In this document: in pieces, positions 9,815 through 20,253 of the stretch
Numbering within the stretch: position 1 is the stretch's first letter
Layout of the letters: the number at the start of each line of letters is the position of its first letter
From: Sedimentisphaerales bacterium
GTDB lineage: Bacteria; Planctomycetota; Phycisphaerae; Sedimentisphaerales; Anaerobacaceae
Length of the DNA: 64,000 nucleotides
NCBI GenBank assembly: GCA_963708075.1
Contig: OY970194.1
Coordinates: forward strand, 3,456,001-3,520,000
Direction of reading: 5' to 3'
Notes under the pieces: generated by a model
What the model was told of the DNA's origin: nothing
Databases searched by the model: none
What the model saw: only the letters and a program-made list of their open reading frames with translations
Made by a program: the position numbers and the translations under genes

Positions 9815-11659
9815 TCACCAGGAGAGGTCGTCGTTGGGGTCGTAGGAGGCGGGGGTGGCGCTTGTGCGGGCGGGGTGCGGGGTCGGGCGGGTGCCTTCGA
9901 GGTAATGCATGGTCTTGTGCAGGATGGCGGCGGCGACGGGGGCGGCGACGGTGCCGCCGGTGTAGCCCTTCTTCAGGGCGACGTTGGGTTTGCGGATCGA
10001 GACCAGGACGATGACTCGCGGGTCCTCGGCGGGGGCGCCGGCGATGAAGGAGGCCATATACGCCTTTTCTTCATAGCCTCGGCCGCCGGGGATGGCCAGT
10101 TGGGCGGTGCCGCTTTTGCCGAAGACCTGCCATTCTTTGAGTTTCGCCTTGGTGCCGGTCCCTTCCTCGACGACGGCGACCATGGCCTGGGTGACCATCC
10201 ACTTGGCCACCTCCGGCTTGATCACGTAGCCAAGCTGCGGCTCGCGAGGTCGCATGTCGACCATGTTACCGTCCGGCTGTACGATGGTTCTGATGATGTA
10301 CGGCCGGCACAACCGGCCTCCATTGGCCAGCATGCAGAAGGCCCGGATCATCTGCATGGCCGTGACGGAGAATTCCTGGCCGAACGGAATGCGCGTAGGG
10401 CTGTAGCTGGTCCAGTCGCTGGTCGGGCGGAGCAGTCCCTCGGCCTCGCCGGGCAGTCCCACGCCCACCTGGCGGCCGAAACCAAAGAGCGTCATGCCCT
10501 CGTACAGCCGTGTCGGACCGAGACGCTGGCCGATCTTCGCCATGCCGATGTTGCTGGACTTGGCGATGATCTCTTTCACCGTCAGGTCGCCGAAGCCCTG
10601 CTTGTACTCGTTGATGGTTCCGAAGCCTCTGCCGTGGTAGTGGCCGTTTTCGCAGAAGATGGTCTCATACCGGCCGAGTACGGTGGTATCGAGCGCGATG
10701 GCGGCGACGACGGGCTTGATGATACTGCCCGGCTCGTACTGGTCCGTGAGCACGCGGTTGTAGAAACGGGCAGGGTCGGTTCGGCGTGCATCGGCGGGAT
10801 CGAAATCCGGCAGCGAGACCATGGCGAGGATCTCCCCGGTCTTCACGTCGACCACGACCGACACGGCTCCCTCCGCCTCATACGCCTTGTACTGGCTCAT
10901 CAGCTCCTCGCGGGCGAACTGCTGGATCGTCGCGTCGAGGGTCAGGAGGATGCCCGCGCCGTTGATGGGTAGCAGATTGTCCTTCTCGCCCTGCAGGCAG
11001 AAGGCGATCGGGCGGCGGTAGACATCGACGAAGAAGGTGTTCGTCGCTCCCTGTCCCTGCAACTCCCGGTCGTATCCGAACTCGACGCCGGCCAGTCCGC
11101 GGTTATCGACACTGGTGAAGCCGACGACATGCGAGGCGAGCGGGCCGGTCGGGTAGTACCTCTGCCAACTGTACTGGATGCCGATGCCCTGGATCGGGCG
11201 GACGGCCTCGCACTCGCTGGCCGAGGCCCCGACTTTGATCGGCACGTAGCCCTGGTTGTGGCTCTCCATGATGGTCTTGCAGATCTCGTGGGCGGGCATG
11301 TCGAGGGTCGCCGCGAGGCGGTTCGAGGTGTCCCTGGGCTCCCGGATGGCCCGCGGCTCGGCAAAGACCGTGCGGAACTGGTTGCTGGCGGCCAGCACCC
11401 TGCCGCGGGAATCGAGGATCGCGCCGCGCTGCGGCTCCAGGGGCACGTAGGCAAGCTGCTGGTCCATGCACTTGCCGGCATAGTAGTCGCCCCGGCTGTA
11501 CTGCAGATAGAAGCACCGCCAGCCCAGGACGAAGAACGCGAGCACGAGCAGGGACATGAGCACGACGATGGCGGTCAGCTCGCGCCTGCCGGCGCTCTGG
11601 CCCGCGACAGCCGGTCCCCCTATGCTCTTGATGAGACTTCTAAGACCCATGAGTGTCAC
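9815..11659 (-). CDS. ftsI: Class B PBP3/FtsI peptidoglycan transpeptidase
   Basis: TM, RGAILDSRG, YEPGSIIK (SxxK), SSN, KSGTAQ; last gene of the mraZ-rsmH cluster. Confidence 0.85.
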   Translation of the reverse strand: MTLMGLRSLIKSIGGPAVAGQSAGRRELTAIVVLMSLLVLAFFVLGWRCFYLQYSRGDYYAGKCMDQQLAYVPLEPQRGAILDSRGRVLAASNQFRTVFAEPRAIREPRDTSNRLAATLDMPAHEICKTIMESHNQGYVPIKVGASASECEAVRPIQGIGIQYSWQRYYPTGPLASHVVGFTSVDNRGLAGVEFGYDRELQGQGATNTFFVDVYRRPIAFCLQGEKDNLLPINGAGILLTLDATIQQFAREELMSQYKAYEAEGAVSVVVDVKTGEILAMVSLPDFDPADARRTDPARFYNRVLTDQYEPGSIIKPVVAAIALDTTVLGRYETIFCENGHYHGRGFGTINEYKQGFGDLTVKEIIAKSSNIGMAKIGQRLGPTRLYEGMTLFGFGRQVGVGLPGEAEGLLRPTSDWTSYSPTRIPFGQEFSVTAMQMIRAFCMLANGGRLCRPYIIRTIVQPDGNMVDMRPREPQLGYVIKPEVAKWMVTQAMVAVVEEGTGTKAKLKEWQVFGKSGTAQLAIPGGRGYEEKAYMASFIAGAPAEDPRVIVLVSIRKPNVALKKGYTGGTVAAPVAAAILHKTMHYLEGTRPTPHPARTSATPASYDPNDDLSW

Positions 11660-11874
11660 TGCTTACCACGATGGTGGGAGATCGAGGCCGGGTTGATCAG
11701 GCTCTCGACGCGAAGCTGCTTCTGCCACAGGTCCTGCTGGAGCCGGCGCTGCTCGACCTTGTACCGTTGCAGCGTGTAGAAAACGCGGTGATTGGAGTCT
11801 CGCAGAAACACGCTGACGATCAGTGTGGCTGCGAAAAAGAAGATCACCAGGACAAGGCCAAGCCGTGAGCTCAT
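11656..11874 (-). CDS. Small bitopic coiled-coil protein, FtsL-like
   Basis: 72 aa: TM then heptad/Gln-rich segment ending ESLINPASI. It overlaps the ftsI start, the usual ftsL position. Confidence 0.55.
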   Translation of the reverse strand: MSSRLGLVLVIFFFAATLIVSVFLRDSNHRVFYTLQRYKVEQRRLQQDLWQKQLRVESLINPASISHHRGKQ

Positions 11875-11893
11875 GAGCCGCTACCGTGAACGA

Positions 11894-12940
11894 TTACTTT
11901 GAGGGCAGCCGCAGACGCATTCCGGGGCTGACCTTGATGTCCCCCTTGAGGACATCCGCGTTGAGCTTCGTGATCTCTTCGTGCCTGATCCCGCTGCCAA
12001 GCTGCGTGGCGGCGATTCTCCAGAGGTTGTCGCCATCCTGAACCACGTACCAGCGCTCGGCGGTTGCAGGCTTGGCGGGCTCCGTCTTCGGCGCCACCGG
12101 TTTGGGGGCTTCCGTCTTTGACGCCACCGGCTTGGCAGGCTCGGTACTTTCCGGGACGGGGACACGCCTCTTGCCGATAGCCTCCACCTTCTCGAAAAGC
12201 GTCTTCGGCAGGACGGTGTCGGGCTTGGCCGGAGGCGGGATCACCAATTCCTGCCCAACGTGGATATCGTCGGGGGACTTGAGGATGTTGCGATTGGCCT
12301 CGAAGATGCGCTGATTGTTGATGATCCGGTTGCCCTCATCGAGCCCGTAGGCTTTCTTCGCGACGGTGCTCAGGTTGTCGCCATCGACGACGACGTAGGT
12401 CTTTCCGGCCTTTGCCGGAGCAGACGCGGCCGGCTTTGCGGTCTGTGTCGCCGCCGGCGGCTCCAGCTTGGGCTGCGCTTTCGCCACTTCGACGCTCGGG
12501 GCCGGCTCGGTCGTCCTCTCCTGAGCAGCGCCCGATTCGGAAGCCTTGACGACGATCTTGACGATGTCCTCCAGCCCTCTCGTGAGCTTTTCTATGCCGT
12601 CGGCGCTCGGCAGAATGGAGCGGGCGCCCTCCGTGGCGCTGTCCGCCGCCATAGTCTGTTCGGGGTTCGGTGTCGTCGGCTCGGCGCTCCGCGTCGCGGC
12701 CGCCGGGCCACTCTGCTCATCGCTTTGGTTGGCCAGCAACTGCGACCAACTGATCGTCTCACGGGCTTTCTGTTCCCTGTCGGCAAGGCCAAGGTCCTCA
12801 TCCTGTACGGACATCATGTTCGTGGCCATGTCGCCCTTGGTCGACTGAGGCCGCAGGTTCGGAAGGCCGTTGATGATGAAAGCAATCACAAAGATGAAGA
12901 TCAGTCCCAGCAGCAACCCGATTTTTGCGTCCGACGTCAT
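11894..12940 (-). CDS. Membrane-anchored protein with two LysM domains
   Basis: MTSDAKIGLLLGLIFIFVIAFII TM; LysM motifs YVVVDGDNLSTVA...IHVGQELVIP and YVVQDGDNLWRIA...PGMRLRLP; Pro/Ala/Lys linkers. Confidence 0.85.
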   Translation of the reverse strand: MTSDAKIGLLLGLIFIFVIAFIINGLPNLRPQSTKGDMATNMMSVQDEDLGLADREQKARETISWSQLLANQSDEQSGPAAATRSAEPTTPNPEQTMAADSATEGARSILPSADGIEKLTRGLEDIVKIVVKASESGAAQERTTEPAPSVEVAKAQPKLEPPAATQTAKPAASAPAKAGKTYVVVDGDNLSTVAKKAYGLDEGNRIINNQRIFEANRNILKSPDDIHVGQELVIPPPAKPDTVLPKTLFEKVEAIGKRRVPVPESTEPAKPVASKTEAPKPVAPKTEPAKPATAERWYVVQDGDNLWRIAATQLGSGIRHEEITKLNADVLKGDIKVSPGMRLRLPSK

Positions 12941-13003
12941 GGTCTCAACTCCATTCCTACCGTTCGACTCGTTCCTGCCTGTCAGCCTGAGCATTCCTGC
13001 CCG

Positions 13004-13912
13004 TCAGTTCTTCTGTGCAATTCTCAGTTTCGCGCTTCTGGCCCTGTGGTTGGCGGCGATCTCTTCCTCGCTGGGTACGATCGGCTTCTTCGTCAGGATC
13101 CGATAGATGCCCTGCGCCTGGTTCTCCTTGAAGTCGCGTTTCACCATGCCATCCTCGAGACTGTGATAGCTGATGATCGCCACATAGCCGTCCTTCGCCA
13201 GCAACGCCGGCGCCGCATCAAGCAACTGCTCCAGGTTCTCCAACTCGCGGTTGACGGCAATCCGCAGGGCTTGGAACGTTCTGGTCGCCGGATGGATTCT
13301 CGACCTGTGTTTCCTGCCCGGCGTCCCCAAAGCAGCGGCGACGACCTGGGCCAACTGCCCGGTCGTCGTGATCGGCTCGCGCTCCCGGCGTCGCACGATG
13401 TACCGCGCGATCCGCCGTGACGCTCTGTCCTGACCATACTTGTAAATCAAATCTGCCAACGATTCTTCGTCGAATTCATTGATTATATCGGCCGCGCTAG
13501 TCTCCAAGCTTTCGTCAATTCTCATGTCCAGAGGCATATCCGTGCGAAAACTCAGCCCGATTTCACTGTCCGTGAGCTGGGCCGAGCAAAGCCCTAAATC
13601 AGCGAGGATGAAATCCGCCTCCGGGATGCCCAACTCTCGGATGCACTCCGCGATCTGCGAGAAATTGGATTTGATGAGAATGACCTTGCATGGAAGGCCT
13701 GCCAACCGTTGCCGGGCCCGCTCCAGCGACTTGCTGTCGACATCCAGGCCGACCAGCGTCCCCGCCGGACCCAGGCGTTTGCCGAACAGAAAGCTGTGAC
13801 CTCCGTGTCCTATGGTCGCATCGACCATCACCCCATCCTGAGGTAAACAGCTTATCTGTTCGGTTAAAGGTTCCGAAAGGACCGGAACGTGTTCTGTATT
13901 TGACTGTGTCAC
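13004..13912 (-). CDS. rsmH: 16S rRNA m4C1402 methyltransferase RsmH (MraW)
   Basis: HVPVL, DATIGHGGHS, PLDMR, HPATRTFQALRIAVNREL, ISYHSLED, RARSAKLR. Confidence 0.97.
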   Translation of the reverse strand: MTQSNTEHVPVLSEPLTEQISCLPQDGVMVDATIGHGGHSFLFGKRLGPAGTLVGLDVDSKSLERARQRLAGLPCKVILIKSNFSQIAECIRELGIPEADFILADLGLCSAQLTDSEIGLSFRTDMPLDMRIDESLETSAADIINEFDEESLADLIYKYGQDRASRRIARYIVRRREREPITTTGQLAQVVAAALGTPGRKHRSRIHPATRTFQALRIAVNRELENLEQLLDAAPALLAKDGYVAIISYHSLEDGMVKRDFKENQAQGIYRILTKKPIVPSEEEIAANHRARSAKLRIAQKN

Positions 13913-13975
13913 CTATTCATCTGCAAACCATGCCCCTCGCGCCCCTTCCGGGAACGGAGGGGCTGCATCATCGGT

Positions 13976-14176
13976 TCAACCTACCGCCACCTCCGCGTGC
14001 TGCCGGAGTTGCTCGACATGGGGCGAGAACGTGACGCCGGCGAACAGAGGACTATGCCTCAGCCGCTCCAGGCGGTCGCTCAACACCGCCATCGAGGCGT
14101 ACGTCTTGTCATCCACGGGTCTTTTGCCGGTGAGACTGGCACCCACAACCTGACAATGGCGATCCATCCGGATCAT
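13976..14176 (-). CDS. Hypothetical 66-aa protein translationally coupled to mraZ
   Basis: Its ATG overlaps the mraZ stop (ATGA at 14173-14176), and it fills the gap before rsmH. Confidence 0.5.
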   Translation of the reverse strand: MIRMDRHCQVVGASLTGKRPVDDKTYASMAVLSDRLERLRHSPLFAGVTFSPHVEQLRQHAEVAVG

Positions 14177-14673
14177 GGTACCTCCAACTCTGTCTCTGTC
14201 GATAATTCCCTGGCCTGTTGCTGCATGACTACTTGCCGCGCCTGGGTCATCTGCTTCTGGTACTGCTTCATGTGGTCCGCGACATACTGCTCCCAGTCCT
14301 GCGTGTTCCACAGCTCGATGTGATCCCTGACGCCGACGAGCGTGACATCTTCCTTGAGTCCGGCCCGTTTTCGCAACTTCTCGTTGAGCAGCAGCCGGCC
14401 CTGGTTGTCCAGCTCGATCTTGCTGGCCAGTGCGAAGCTGATCCGCTCGAACACCACCGCCTCATCCGGGGCCGTGCCCACCGGAGCCACCGACAGGGCA
14501 AGCTGCTCGAAATACTTCTCCGGGTACAGGCACAAAATCCCATTCGCCCCGAGGACAAGGTAGAAGTTGCCGCCATGCTGATCGACGTCCACCTGGTTGC
14601 GGAGCTTGTTCGAGACAAGCACCCGCCCCTTGTCGTCGATCACGTGCTGGTACTCTCCTGTTAACAACAGCAT
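14173..14673 (-). CDS. mraZ: Division/cell wall cluster transcriptional repressor MraZ
   Basis: GEYQHVIDDKGRV, ELDNQGRLLL, LVGVRDHIELW; upstream of rsmH. Confidence 0.95.
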   Translation of the reverse strand: MLLLTGEYQHVIDDKGRVLVSNKLRNQVDVDQHGGNFYLVLGANGILCLYPEKYFEQLALSVAPVGTAPDEAVVFERISFALASKIELDNQGRLLLNEKLRKRAGLKEDVTLVGVRDHIELWNTQDWEQYVADHMKQYQKQMTQARQVVMQQQARELSTETELEVP

Positions 14674-14681
14674 GGCAAATG

Positions 14682-14771
14682 TCCCACTCTGTTTATCTTT
14701 CTTGGGAAATTCTACCATTCCCTCCCACTGAGTCAACACTTTGCTGCACATTTTCACAAATTTTTCCCACT
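14682..14771 (-). promoter_or_regulatory. Sigma70-type dcw promoter with putative MraZ boxes
   Basis: Minus strand TTGACT (14731-14736), 16 nt, then TG-extended TAGAAT (14709-14714). AGTGGGA occurs three times at 41-42 bp spacing, one copy between -35 and -10. MraZ is known to bind GTGGG-type direct repeats. Confidence 0.55.
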
Positions 14772-14998
14772 ATTTTCTTATGGGACCCGCCTTCGTGACA
14801 GCGTAAATGCAGTCGAATGAGGTATTTACGGACTCTTACGGACTATCCTGACTGGCATTGAGCCTATCGCTTATTGTCTCGTGCTTCCGGCCTCCGTATC
14901 GTCTGTGGCGGCGGTTCAATGCTGGCCCATGCGAGAAAGCCCGACAGTGTTCTTGGAACGGGCCCGGTTGACGAGACAGAACAGAATGGAGGTGTGCC

Positions 14999-15685
14999 AT
15001 GACGACGGCCGTGAGAAGTGCCGAGGACATCAGAAACGACGTGAGAGAACAGTTAGCCTGGGACACCCGGGTGGATTCCTCGAACATCGAGGTGGACGTC
15101 GTCGACAGCACCGTGATCCTGGCGGGCACCGTGCCAACCTACCCCGACCGCAACCAGGCGCAGACCGACGCTCTCCAGGTCCCCGGAGTGACCGCCGTGG
15201 ACAATCGTCTTGTCGTGAGCTTCCCATCCGCCTACGTAATCCCGGCCGACTCGGAGATCTCCTTCAACGTGACCAGCGCCCTGTCGTGGAGCCCCAGCGT
15301 CGATGCGACCCGGATCCACGTGGCCGTAGACCAGGGCATTGTGACACTCTCGGGCACTGTGGACTCCTACTGGCAGAAGCACCGGGCGGAAGAAATCGCC
15401 GCCAACACCTCGGGGGTTACCGACGTGCGAGACGAGCTGACCGTCTCCCCCACCGCTCCCGCCGCCGTCGATGAAGACATCCGACGGGAGATCGTCGCCG
15501 CGCTGGAAAGGAACACAAGCATCGACACCAGCGGAGTGAGCGTCGAAGTCAACAACGGTCTTGTGACGCTGACCGGAGCCGTCCCCGATTACGCCGCCTT
15601 CCGCACCGTCGAGGACGCCGCACGCTACACCACCGGCGTGCTCGAGGTCAACAACACCCTCACCATCGAATCCCAGGCTTCATAG
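14999..15685 (+). CDS. Triple BON-domain protein (OsmY-like)
   Basis: Three D..I...V...L...V.V..G.VTL.G.V repeats; GGAGG RBS. Confidence 0.9.
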   Translation: MTTAVRSAEDIRNDVREQLAWDTRVDSSNIEVDVVDSTVILAGTVPTYPDRNQAQTDALQVPGVTAVDNRLVVSFPSAYVIPADSEISFNVTSALSWSPSVDATRIHVAVDQGIVTLSGTVDSYWQKHRAEEIAANTSGVTDVRDELTVSPTAPAAVDEDIRREIVAALERNTSIDTSGVSVEVNNGLVTLTGAVPDYAAFRTVEDAARYTTGVLEVNNTLTIESQAS

Positions 15686-15962
15686 GGTGGCAGTTGGAAT
15701 CGCCAACGGCACGCGTGTGCCCCACATAACCGGTTCTGTCCCTGCACAGGCACTCACTCTGACGACATACGGTTCTGTCCCAATACGTCTTACGGATCAT
15801 ACTGACCACTCACGGCATTTTCGTGTCACGTCATTGACTTCGGGGTGGCAGCGTCAAGCGCAGCTTGGCGATGGGCTTGCTGGGACGCGGTACAGCCATC
15901 GCCAAGGCCTTCGGCCTTGACGCTGCCACCCGGAGATGTGAAGCTCTCGGTAATAACAGACG

Positions 15963-18290
15963 TCAGAACATCCAGAAATCGATATCCTTGAGCACCGCCC
16001 GTCGCTGGACCTCCGTGACGTCCATGTCACTGATCAAAGCCGCGGCGGAGACATCGCGCGTCAGGACTGTCGAACGCTGACCAGTTGGAAGGGTGGAATC
16101 GGATTCAAGGATTTCCCTGATCGCCGGCCAGAGTAACACGCCGTTCTGGTAGACCGCCGCCACGAGAGGCAGATCCTCGTTCCATAGAGAGACGGCCTCT
16201 GGCGACAACCAGCCGTACGTGATCGACAACAACACGCTTTTCACTCGTTGCTGGTAGATCGCGTTGAGCAGCTCGACGTAGGTGTGTTCCCGCCCCGCCG
16301 GGATGGTGACCGTAATGGTCGTGCTCAAGTCCTGCTCCGCACCTTGGTCGTTCAGAAGACTCTCTTGAGTCGGGTCATACAGGCGTGAAATCCTGAAACT
16401 GCCTTTGACCTCAAAGGACAGCGTGACACTCTCGCTGGTGGCGATCACATCGAATATCGCGATCTTGTGCATACCTGCGCTCGTATTATCGCTATGCGAA
16501 CTCACGACCTCAGTCTCTCCGGCGCGGTATCTGGTCAACTCGCCGCTGCCGGAGAAGCGGAACACAAGATCCATTTGATCTGCATAACGGTGTTCCCTTA
16601 AGTAGGCTTCAGCAGCTTCTCTTGTCTCGGGATCAGCGGCGGGTCCCCAGTGCTCTCTGTCAAGATCTGCTGATAGAGCATACGTTTCCCTGTCGCCCGG
16701 GCCAGGACCGGCCTTGCTCATCATCCCGTGCGGCGGATAGGTACGTCTGGCATTGCTCAGATAGGGATCAAGCTGACCCGCGAAGATCTCCAGTCGCCAC
16801 TCCTCTGCTTTCTGTTGCATCGCGGCCAAGGTATCGCGGATCGTTTGTCTCTCGGCGTCGGAATATTCTGCTGTGTCGTTGGCGTCAAACAATGCCCCGT
16901 TCACGGTTCGCCACGACAGGGCAATCAGAGACAATGACCTCTGCTGTGTCTCCAAGGCGTTGCGTATCGCTGCACAACGCTCGGACACATCCTGCGGCAG
17001 TGTCCCTTCCTGGAAGTCCTTGAAGAATTTCCAGCCGGGATCATTCCAGTCGACGCCCACAGGAAGTGCGGCAGTCCGCCCCACGACCTGATCGACATAG
17101 AAGTTCATGATGGCCTGGTCCAGAGTCACAGACGCTGCGGCGGCAGCAATGCGGTACGCGTTTGTTGGCTGAGCCACTAGGGCGGCCCCACTGTTGCCGG
17201 AAGTGGTGAGCGTGCCGAGGCAGATGGCGATGCCGGCGGCGGTCTTCAGGGCGCCGGGGACGTGCCAGACTTCCTTGAAGCATTGGGTGCCGGATTTGCG
17301 TTGGAGCCAGCAGCCGCCCCGGCAGGCGGGCGAGTAGTCACAATGGCCGCGCTTGCCCTCCGGCCGCCATGACCGCAGGTCCTGGAAACCTTCCGCCCAT
17401 ATCTGCGCCAGGGGCCGTTCGTGGATATTGCCGGCGCTGCATGAGCGATCCAGCGTGGTGCAAGGCACGACCGCGCCATCCGGCAGGACGACGCACTGGG
17501 CCCGGCCCGCCCCACAACTCAGTGGCATATCACGCACCAGCGGTTCGAGGTAGCCTAAGTAGCCGATCTCGTCGGCCATCTGGACATTGAAGTACCGCCT
17601 CTTGCGCACGACGAACTTGATGAGCCTTTTGAGTTGCATCTTCGAGAGGAACAGGTCCTTCCTTTCGGCCGCCCTGCCCTCCGGCACGAGCAGGTGAATC
17701 CCCCACTGGTCAGCGCCACCGGCCGCGACCAGATGAAATGTCTCATTGAGGCAATCGTAATTGCGGCTGGTCACCGTTGTGCCCGCGCAGACCCGGACGC
17801 CGAGCGACTTGAAGAATCGGATGGCCTCGGTCGCGTCCTCGTATGCCCCGGCTTTGCCCCTGAATCCATCGTGCACATCCTTCGGCCCATCCAGGCTCAC
17901 GGCGACAAAGCCCGGTTTGTTGCGCGCGATGGCCTCGCGCAGGCGCGCGTTCGGCATAGCGGCCGTGTTCAACGACCAGTTCACTCCCCTGCCGCCCAGG
18001 TACTCGATCACCTCCACCAAATCCTCCCTCACCAGTGGCTCTCCCCCCGTAATCAGAAACTCCCGCACTCTCATCCGGGCGACCTCGTCGACCAGCCCTC
18101 TGACCTTTTCGACCGGCATGTCGGCAAAGCCTCCCTCCTGACTGACCGCCAGGCAATGCTGGCACGACAGCCCGCACCGGAGCGTCGCCATCCACTGCAC
18201 TAAGCCCGGCACCTCCAGATACCCATGCTCTGCGAAGAACTCGCTGCTGTGATTGATCCTGTGACACCCGACTTGACTGTGCGTACCCAT
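15963..18290 (-). CDS. Radical SAM/SPASM protein with long C-terminal extension
   Basis: CGLSCQHC (CxxxCxxC), TGGEPL, VSLDG, SPASM CGAG...C..PDG...PC...CRGGC, followed by ~430 aa of unknown function. Confidence 0.85.
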   Translation of the reverse strand: MGTHSQVGCHRINHSSEFFAEHGYLEVPGLVQWMATLRCGLSCQHCLAVSQEGGFADMPVEKVRGLVDEVARMRVREFLITGGEPLVREDLVEVIEYLGGRGVNWSLNTAAMPNARLREAIARNKPGFVAVSLDGPKDVHDGFRGKAGAYEDATEAIRFFKSLGVRVCAGTTVTSRNYDCLNETFHLVAAGGADQWGIHLLVPEGRAAERKDLFLSKMQLKRLIKFVVRKRRYFNVQMADEIGYLGYLEPLVRDMPLSCGAGRAQCVVLPDGAVVPCTTLDRSCSAGNIHERPLAQIWAEGFQDLRSWRPEGKRGHCDYSPACRGGCWLQRKSGTQCFKEVWHVPGALKTAAGIAICLGTLTTSGNSGAALVAQPTNAYRIAAAAASVTLDQAIMNFYVDQVVGRTAALPVGVDWNDPGWKFFKDFQEGTLPQDVSERCAAIRNALETQQRSLSLIALSWRTVNGALFDANDTAEYSDAERQTIRDTLAAMQQKAEEWRLEIFAGQLDPYLSNARRTYPPHGMMSKAGPGPGDRETYALSADLDREHWGPAADPETREAAEAYLREHRYADQMDLVFRFSGSGELTRYRAGETEVVSSHSDNTSAGMHKIAIFDVIATSESVTLSFEVKGSFRISRLYDPTQESLLNDQGAEQDLSTTITVTIPAGREHTYVELLNAIYQQRVKSVLLSITYGWLSPEAVSLWNEDLPLVAAVYQNGVLLWPAIREILESDSTLPTGQRSTVLTRDVSAAALISDMDVTEVQRRAVLKDIDFWMF

Positions 18291-18351
18291 ACGAACTCTC
18301 CCTTCTTCTCAAGAGCCGCCGACAGAATGAAGACGCGCCGAGGCTGCCCAC

Positions 18352-18450
18352 ATGTCATTCCCGCGAAGGCGGGAATCCACTCACGTATCGAACGTTTCTG
18401 GACCCCCGCCCCCGATCGGGTCGAGGGCAAGCTCTGCGCGGGGGTGACAT
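18352..18450. repeat. Inverted pair of REP family B copies, right copy carrying a 24-bp insert
   Basis: ATGTCATTCCCGCGAAGGCGGGAATCCA (18352-18379), then inverted TGGACCCCCGCC[...]TGCGCGGGGGTGACAT. Confidence 0.85.
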
Positions 18451-18841
18451 GATCAGCCTCATTCTGTCAGAGGCTCTGAATAGAATAATGACTTCAACGC
18501 GTCGATCAGCCCGCCTGATCCACGCATACAAAGAGCGATTGCACAGATTCGATGCACAAAGACTGGTTGTGAAATGAAGCCGGTCCGGCGAACTCCTTAC
18601 CAATCCGCAAGCAGTTCAACCCGAGGCCAAAGGCGGGACTCTATGATGTCGGAAGATACTATTATGATGACTGACAGAGATATGATAGCCACGTTTCGCC
18701 CGCCTTCATACCTCAACGTATCCACGTACGATTATCGCAAACCGCGGCTCATTCTGCAAGCTTCTTCCGGGCAGATCGGGTGCGGCCGACATTCGGTGGC
18801 GGGTTCCGATTCCACCAGACCCAAGAGCGCGCCCCGGTCTT

Positions 18842-19104
18842 CTGTCGCCCCTGCGGGGCTTTGGGATAGGATTGGCTATTGGCACCCACCGTTGAAACGG
18901 TGGGCTATTGTCGATCGCCCCTGTGGGGCGGATGGGCTGACGCAGGAGGACTGGGGCGCAGTCGAAGCCCGCAGGGCGACAGAGAATAGCCCAGCGATTC
19001 ATCGCTGGGGAACCGGGGCCAAGGATAAAAACCAGTCCCGTAAGGGACGAAAGAGGGGCGATCCGCACACGGCGGCTACACGCCGCCACCATATTCCGAC
19101 CACA
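18842..19104. repeat. REP-like composite family C (CCCAGCGATnnATCGCTGGG / CCCACCGTTGAAACGGTGGG hairpins)
   Basis: Related units at 8986-9185. 18908-19104 is closely similar to 45614-45809. Confidence 0.85.
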
Positions 19105-19407
19105 TCCGGCAGATCAGCCGGAATTCCATCGGAAAGTGAAACGGCCTGACAATGGATCAGGGACCCATCGGTAAGCTCCGCCGCTCTCCGCTTGCCGCTA
19201 CCACCCGATTACCCGACTGTTCTCAAGGACATATATGAGGCTTCCATGTCGGTGGCCTCTCGGCCGGATTGCCGCGATTTCCTGCGTGAAGGGGGTCACC
19301 AAAAGGGAACGAAACGGTAACATGACTGTAACATACGCATGGCAGATTGCTATGGCGTGAGATATGCTGTTCCTGTCGATCTTTCTCTGAAGTAGAGGGA
19401 AGGCATT

Positions 19408-20253
19408 ATGAAACGGGAATTTGTGGACACAATCGGTCTGGTGACGCTGCTGCTTTGCTCGTTCGCGTGTTTGGCTCGAGCCGGCGAGACATCCGGGGGC
19501 TGGCCGGAGAAGTTCGGGGAGCGAAAGTTGTACCGCTACGACTGCGGCTTCGTCTATGCCAGAGACAAATCCGCCGCCAGGCAGGTGCAAAAGACGATCG
19601 TGGACGTGGCGAAAGACGTGAAGCGTGATGGCGCGACCAGCCCGATAGCCGGACTGGTGCTGGTAGTGGACACGAAGGAGAAATTCCCCTTCGACATCGA
19701 CGGACTGCTCCAGGCCATGAGCAAAGCTCAAGCCCAGGAGCCGAACGGGCAATCCAAGGACGTGGCAAGATCCCTCGCCGAGGGCAAAGAGGAGGTCGCA
19801 AAGCTCGGGCTGAGTATGGAGACGGTGCTGTCCATCATGCCCATTCCGATCAAACCCATCGCACTGCGGGAAATCGCCCGGGAGTTTCCGGAGGATGTGG
19901 ATCGGCAAATCGCATGGTGCGTCGTCGTGCCGACAAGCAGGTGCACCAAGGCCGGCTTCAAGAAGATCATCGACGCGGGTATAAAGAAAGAAAAGCCCGG
20001 ACTGGCGGAGCGGGCGGCGATGGCGGCGATGATGCCCATCATCGAGCGCAAGGTGGCCTCGCAGATGAAAAAGGCACAGCAGGCCCTCTTGTATGAACTC
20101 CTCCTGGAGGCCCGGAAAGACCTGTCCGCCGAGCAGAAGGCCCAGAAGGTCGAGGCCTACAAACAGGAGCTGGGCCTGGATGACGATTTCAAAATAGGGC
20201 CGGGTGGGAGCGACGAGGATGCGGCGACCCCAGAGCCGGCCGAAGACGAATGA
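19408..20253 (+). CDS. Hypothetical exported protein
   Basis: 281-aa ORF with signal peptide (LLLCSFACLARA) and purine-rich RBS. Confidence 0.7.
   Translation: MKREFVDTIGLVTLLLCSFACLARAGETSGGWPEKFGERKLYRYDCGFVYARDKSAARQVQKTIVDVAKDVKRDGATSPIAGLVLVVDTKEKFPFDIDGLLQAMSKAQAQEPNGQSKDVARSLAEGKEEVAKLGLSMETVLSIMPIPIKPIALREIAREFPEDVDRQIAWCVVVPTSRCTKAGFKKIIDAGIKKEKPGLAERAAMAAMMPIIERKVASQMKKAQQALLYELLLEARKDLSAEQKAQKVEAYKQELGLDDDFKIGPGGSDEDAATPEPAEDE

Noticed and set aside
18450..18760. AT-richer stretch as a possible gene
   Set aside because: No convincing ORF, RBS or motif; possibly a decayed fragment.
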